A DNA stretch of 64,000 bases, from the NCBI GenBank assembly GCA_047495785.1, contig JBLDXI010000050.1, positions 62,001 through 126,000 on the forward strand. Direction: 5' to 3'. Below the pieces are notes generated by a model that saw only the letters and a list, made by a program, of their open reading frames with translations, ran no database searches and was not told the origin of the DNA. Both the position numbers and the translations under genes were made by a program. Position 1 is the stretch's first letter. Every line of letters begins with the position of its first letter. This stretch comes from Lepidodermella squamata. Lineage: Eukaryota; Animalia; Gastrotricha. Positions 59,801 to 64,000 of the stretch are shown in pieces.

Positions 59801-62250
59801 CAAATGCATCGACGAATCGTACATGCTAGTCGGAAGCGAAAAAATCACTTGCCTATCAAACGGCAGCTGGTCGGGCAACATGCCATTCTGCCGGCCGAGA
59901 AAGGTCAACAAACCACCGCCTGCTGTTGAATGTGTCACCCCAGTTCCGCCTGATAATGCCGTAGTAGTGTCCCAAGTCATTGGGCAGCATCCAGATCACC
60001 ACCCGGTTCAGGGTTATATTCGATACAAATGCCTGCCTGGCTACGAATTCACTCCTGGGTCTCAGGCAACCCTCACTTGCCAGCCAGATGGTAGCTGGAA
60101 CTACCCGGTTCCGATATGTAGACTAACAGTCGTCACCACGCCAACACCTCCATTCGAATGCGAAGGGCCTGCTATCCCAATCAATGGCATGATTCATCGA
60201 CAATTGACATCGTCCAGGGTTAACTACCGATACCCAGTCGGAGGTTTTATCGAATATGGATGTGAGGACCGGTATGAGCTATTCGGAGATCGGACGATAA
60301 CCTGTACGCTATCAGGCTGGTCCTCCTCTCCACCGGTTTGTAGGATGACATGCCCCGAGCCACACCTGTCAGGCGCGCCGAATATCTATATAAAATCACA
60401 GCCGGATGAACGATCGCCGAGTGGATTTTACATGGTGGATAGTGAATTTGCGCTGGATTGTGCGAATGGCACTACGTTGGTGAATGGGTCGCTGACGATC
60501 AAGTGTATGGAGAACGGCAAATGGCATCCGCAACACTTGAGGCCGATTTGCAGGTCAAAGAACTTGGTCCAGGAGACAAAGACTTGTAAGTCCATTTTGT
60601 ATACGCATTGGAATAGGTTTTCGGGGAATAACAAGGCGTCTATAGTCCAGAGGAACGAAATGTAAAAATGCGCTAAATTGCAGATTATTCCTAATATTCC
60701 TCAATTTCGAAATTAGGGAAATTGGAAAATTGCAGAACATTCATAATGTTTAAAATGAAATTTATATTAGGTTCTCCAAAATCTTGCAATTTTTATGTAC
60801 GAAATTCCCAGTCAAAATTAAAGCAAAAAGTGAAACGAATTAAAAACGAAATATAATTGAATATTTCGGATTTTCCAAGAAGTCTAAGATATAAATGCCT
60901 TCCACGACTTTTACTTGGAAAGGTCCCGTCGCCGGTACCAGCCTCTTCGATCTCAATCATTTTATGCAAGTTGATGGATAGTCCGCAGTATTTCTAAAAT
61001 TATCCTCCCTAATCCTCTTGAGGGTATCACATAAGCTATAATGATCCACTAAGTCTAATTGTTATTTTTTATTCGTATTTTGGCGCTTCTTGTCGCTAAA
61101 ATTGATTTCGACCGATGGTGAGTGTTTCGCTAATAGGAAATTGGGCAATAAAAATTGGTCAAAAACACAAATGACAAGTCAGACTGTACGTTACGCAGTT
61201 TTAAAAAAATTTAAAAAATTACAGGAATCATTTTCTGAACCATTTTTTTGGCCTAAATATTTGCTTGAATCCATTAAAAACCAATAAAAATACTTTTGGC
61301 ATTAAAAAAATTAAGGATTGTGATGGCCGGCGCCATTACGGCGTACGGTTGGAGAATTCATAGGAATTTATCCTTCATAGGTTGTTTTTCTGGGAAAATA
61401 TTAAAATAAATAATTATGAGCTAATTTCAGCATTTTTCAGGTTATAAACTAATTTATAATTAATTAAAAATATTGAATAACCATCATGGATTCTTCATAA
61501 TGAATACTCGTGGAAACATTTTAAAATTAAAATTTGAGAAAATCTCTAAAATGTATCATTTCAGTATGTGGCGAGCCACCGGCTATGAAATGGGGCTACA
61601 TCGTCCAGTGCTCACAGCTTCCGACCAACGGCCGTTATCCACTCGGAACAACAGTGGCCTATTCTTGCCAGCACAACTACACCCTAGTCGGAACTTCCAG
61701 CTACACCTGCAACGAGCGAGGCTTCTGGGTACCAGTCGACAGCGAATACGAGAGCTACTGCGACTTGACCTGCCCACACCCGCCAACAATGCCGTTCAGC
61801 AATATCATCGACCAATCAAAGTACATCCCCACAATCGACAGATACCGCCATGGCGCCCATATTCGCTACAACTGCACTCCAGGGGGCAATATTGTTGGCG
61901 ATGATACGATTTGGTGTTATGAGGACGGGTCTTGGTCTTCGAGCCCACCTGAATGCCAGATACCTTGCGGAAAACCTCCAACTCCTGCGAATTCATTCAT
62001 CCTATTCCAATCAGACCCGATAACTCCTATACCACTCGACGACTACGGCCAACCGGACGAGGCTGGGAAGCGATACCCACCCGGGGCCTATTTCCGATAC
62101 GCCTGTAACGATGGCTACAACAAGATTGACGAAGATCTGGACACAATTTACTGCCGAAATGGCGGATATTGGCTTACGAAGCTTAACAAAGAGATTGGAG
62201 AGATTTGCTTGTTTTTCCCTAACTGGATGGCTCAAAAACGGCTAAAATAG
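56834..62250 (+). CDS. Secreted multi-Sushi/CCP protein, about 9 CCP domains (~805 aa; exons 56834-57620, 59641-60585, 61565-62250)
   Basis: Signal peptide; repeated CxxPxxP..G..I.Y.C..GY.L.G...I.C...G.W....P.C; phase-1 GT-AG introns; no TM segment; AATAAA at 62252. Confidence 0.85.
58191..58595. mobile_element. Tc2/pogo-type (Tc1/mariner superfamily) MITE in intron 1 of the Sushi gene
   Basis: TIR CCGTATATACCGAA / TTCGGTATATACGG, TA target duplication on both sides, subterminal CCGAATTATAAGGCA-like repeats. Confidence 0.8.
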
Positions 62251-62368
62251 AAATAAAACAATCTATTGTATTAGAAAAATGTACTAAAGTGATTTTTTTG
62301 CTTACAACCTATTCAAAGTCAACTTGGGTGGGGCGGGGAGCTACATAGTACCATTCAGTGCTTTAACA

Positions 62369-62827
62369 ATGAGATTTCAATTAGCTCTATGGCTTCTCGG
62401 TGCTTGGTTGGGCTTTTCTGTTGGCAGGGTTACTTTCCAGGCAGATTACGGGGCTGATTGCTTCTTCGACTCGCAGTGCTTTTCCGTACTCGAATGCAAG
62501 AAGGTAAACGAAACGTATCAGCGCGGGGAGTGCTCTTGCAAGGACGATTGGATCTGGAACGCCTCGGACCAGCAATGTGTCGATCCGGAGCCTGAGACAA
62601 CGACTACGAGTACTACGACTCAAAGTACAACACCAGCGACTACGCTGAGCCCGGAGGACATGTTTAATGCGGCGATGGCCAAGTGCAACTTGAATTGTCA
62701 GCAGGTCTATCGGAAGAAATACATTGGGCTAGTTGCGGCTGGATCTTGTGAAGTTGTTGGAGATCCGGCTAAAATCTCTGTTATTTGCCCGAGAGGATAC
62801 ACCTGTAAATGCTACTTGCTACTTTGA
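62369..62827 (+). CDS. Small secreted Cys-rich protein (EB-like module, Thr linker, C-terminal Cys domain; 152 aa)
   Basis: Signal MRFQLALWLLGAWLGFSVG; YGADCFFDSQC..CSC..QQCV; AATAAA at ~62841. Confidence 0.75.
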   Translation: MRFQLALWLLGAWLGFSVGRVTFQADYGADCFFDSQCFSVLECKKVNETYQRGECSCKDDWIWNASDQQCVDPEPETTTTSTTTQSTTPATTLSPEDMFNAAMAKCNLNCQQVYRKKYIGLVAAGSCEVVGDPAKISVICPRGYTCKCYLLL

Positions 62828-63371
62828 ATTGATCCAAGCTAATAAAGAAGTTGAGACACAATGCAGCAGAGTGGTTCAAATTAGTTTGGGAATTTTCACT
62901 TAAAGAGAGGAATTAACCCTCCTTAATAGATTTCACTCTAGACTCCAGATGTGAAGTAGTAATTTAACTTAAGCATGTGCCTGCGTGACTAAAGAATTGA
63001 AAGAATTAATCAAGGATATGAGTCAATTTCGCCAGTCGAAGACTAGCCAAGAAACCAGTGATTGTCGCATCTAACGTTGCTATGACTAGTCGCTGAATTT
63101 CTGTTGCTGCACGATTCCGGATGGAAAACCGGATCTGCATCGCGACAGCTACCAACAAGAGATTTCGACGACCTCGTTTTTCACCTCATTTTGTCAAATT
63201 TTTAGTTTTGCACGTGAAATTGCTTTTGAATAAAATTAGGGTTTTCGCTGTTCTATTGACTTTCCTAAGATTCTCGAGAAAATGCGTTTTCTGGGGGTTT
63301 TGAGGCCAATTCCGAGCAAAATGCTGCCCAAATTTGTGGCAGTTTCAAACCATTGAGAAACATATGTTTGT

Positions 63372-63420
63372 ATGTATTGTATTGTATTGTATTATATTGA
63401 TTGTATTGAATTGTATGTAT
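63372..63420 (+). repeat. (TATTG)n degenerate microsatellite
   Basis: Tandem TGTAT/TATTG units. Confidence 0.6.
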
Positions 63421-63764
63421 TGAGGCATTATTTGCTTTTTGAGCCCATCCGCATAGCTGATAGCCGACCCGTTAGGTTTGAGATCCCAAGAGACCAACCC
63501 TGGTTTTCATCAGAATTTCCCGCTCTACAGGATGATACACATATACCTCTAGGCCATGAATAATTGAGCGCTATGGGTAATTATATGTTCACATAATTTT
63601 ACACGTTGGACATTTTTCTATTGTTCAGACCTCAGACCCACAGGAAGTTTGATATTCGGGAAGTTCGAAATTACAAGTGACGCGTGATCGATGAGTTATA
63701 TTCGGCTGTATCGTCATTTCAGCGTTGCAGCTACACATAATAAAAACCCCGCGGTATCAACTAC

Positions 63765-64000
63765 ATGGCATCCCTTATAATTTTGCTTTTGGTGGTTGAG
63801 CTGGCGTCTGTAGAAGCTGCGTCATCAGCAGCTGGGAAGTTTGAGGCGAGATTCGCTGAATCCTGTCCAGCAGTTCTGTCAAAAAGTCTACCGATGGATC
63901 AAGCGGTTTACACCAACAACAGCCGTCCGATTGTCGTGAATATCAAAATGCTTCTCCATCATTTCGTCGGTATCGATGACGTGGAGCAAAAGCTGTCTCT
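63765..64000 (+). CDS. Cys-loop channel-like subunit, subgroup C; N-terminus only (runs off right edge)
   Basis: MASLIIFALLVVELASVEA..AGKFEARFAESCPAVLSKSLPMDQAVYTNNSRPIVVN..HFVGIDDVEQKLS aligns to the N-terminus of 49416. Confidence 0.8.
   Translation, partial: MASLIILLLVVELASVEAASSAAGKFEARFAESCPAVLSKSLPMDQAVYTNNSRPIVVNIKMLLHHFVGIDDVEQKLS

Noticed and set aside
1-64000. Prokaryotic features (CRISPR arrays, rRNA/tRNA, bacterial operons) or bacterial contamination
   Set aside because: No repeat-spacer arrays or structural RNA genes were recognised; spliceosomal introns, polyA signals and metazoan gene families occur throughout.

Overview
Eukaryotic, almost certainly invertebrate animal DNA from a compact genome. 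Most GT-AG introns are about 47-66 nt and several intergenic gaps are about 100 nt; the organism cannot be assigned from the sequence alone. The window is a dense cluster of duplicated receptor, secreted-protein and enzyme genes. It holds seven divergent Cys-loop (pentameric) ligand-gated ion channel subunit genes in three subgroups; one is frameshifted and two are cut by the window edges. It also holds two orphan GABA-B-like class C GPCRs, one divergent class A GPCR plus two broken GPCR relics, and three SABATH-type (salicylate/jasmonate carboxyl methyltransferase-like) SAM methyltransferases, one with degenerate SAM-binding motifs. Secreted or surface proteins include a signal-peptide-bearing ankyrin-repeat protein with an ankyrin-less tandem paralog, PAN/apple proteins, two mucin-tailed paralogs, Cys-rich EB-like proteins and a 9-Sushi protein. 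The first ~15 kb is mostly decayed duplications and transposon debris (RTE LINE fragment, hairpin Crypton-like element, nested MITEs); hAT- and Tc2/pogo-type MITEs occur later. Best candidate for an undescribed system: a lineage-specific family of minimal orphan Cys-loop channels interleaved with orphan GPCRs and small-molecule methyltransferases, a putative chemosensory or chemical-communication island. All gene models were spliced by hand and no database searches were run.
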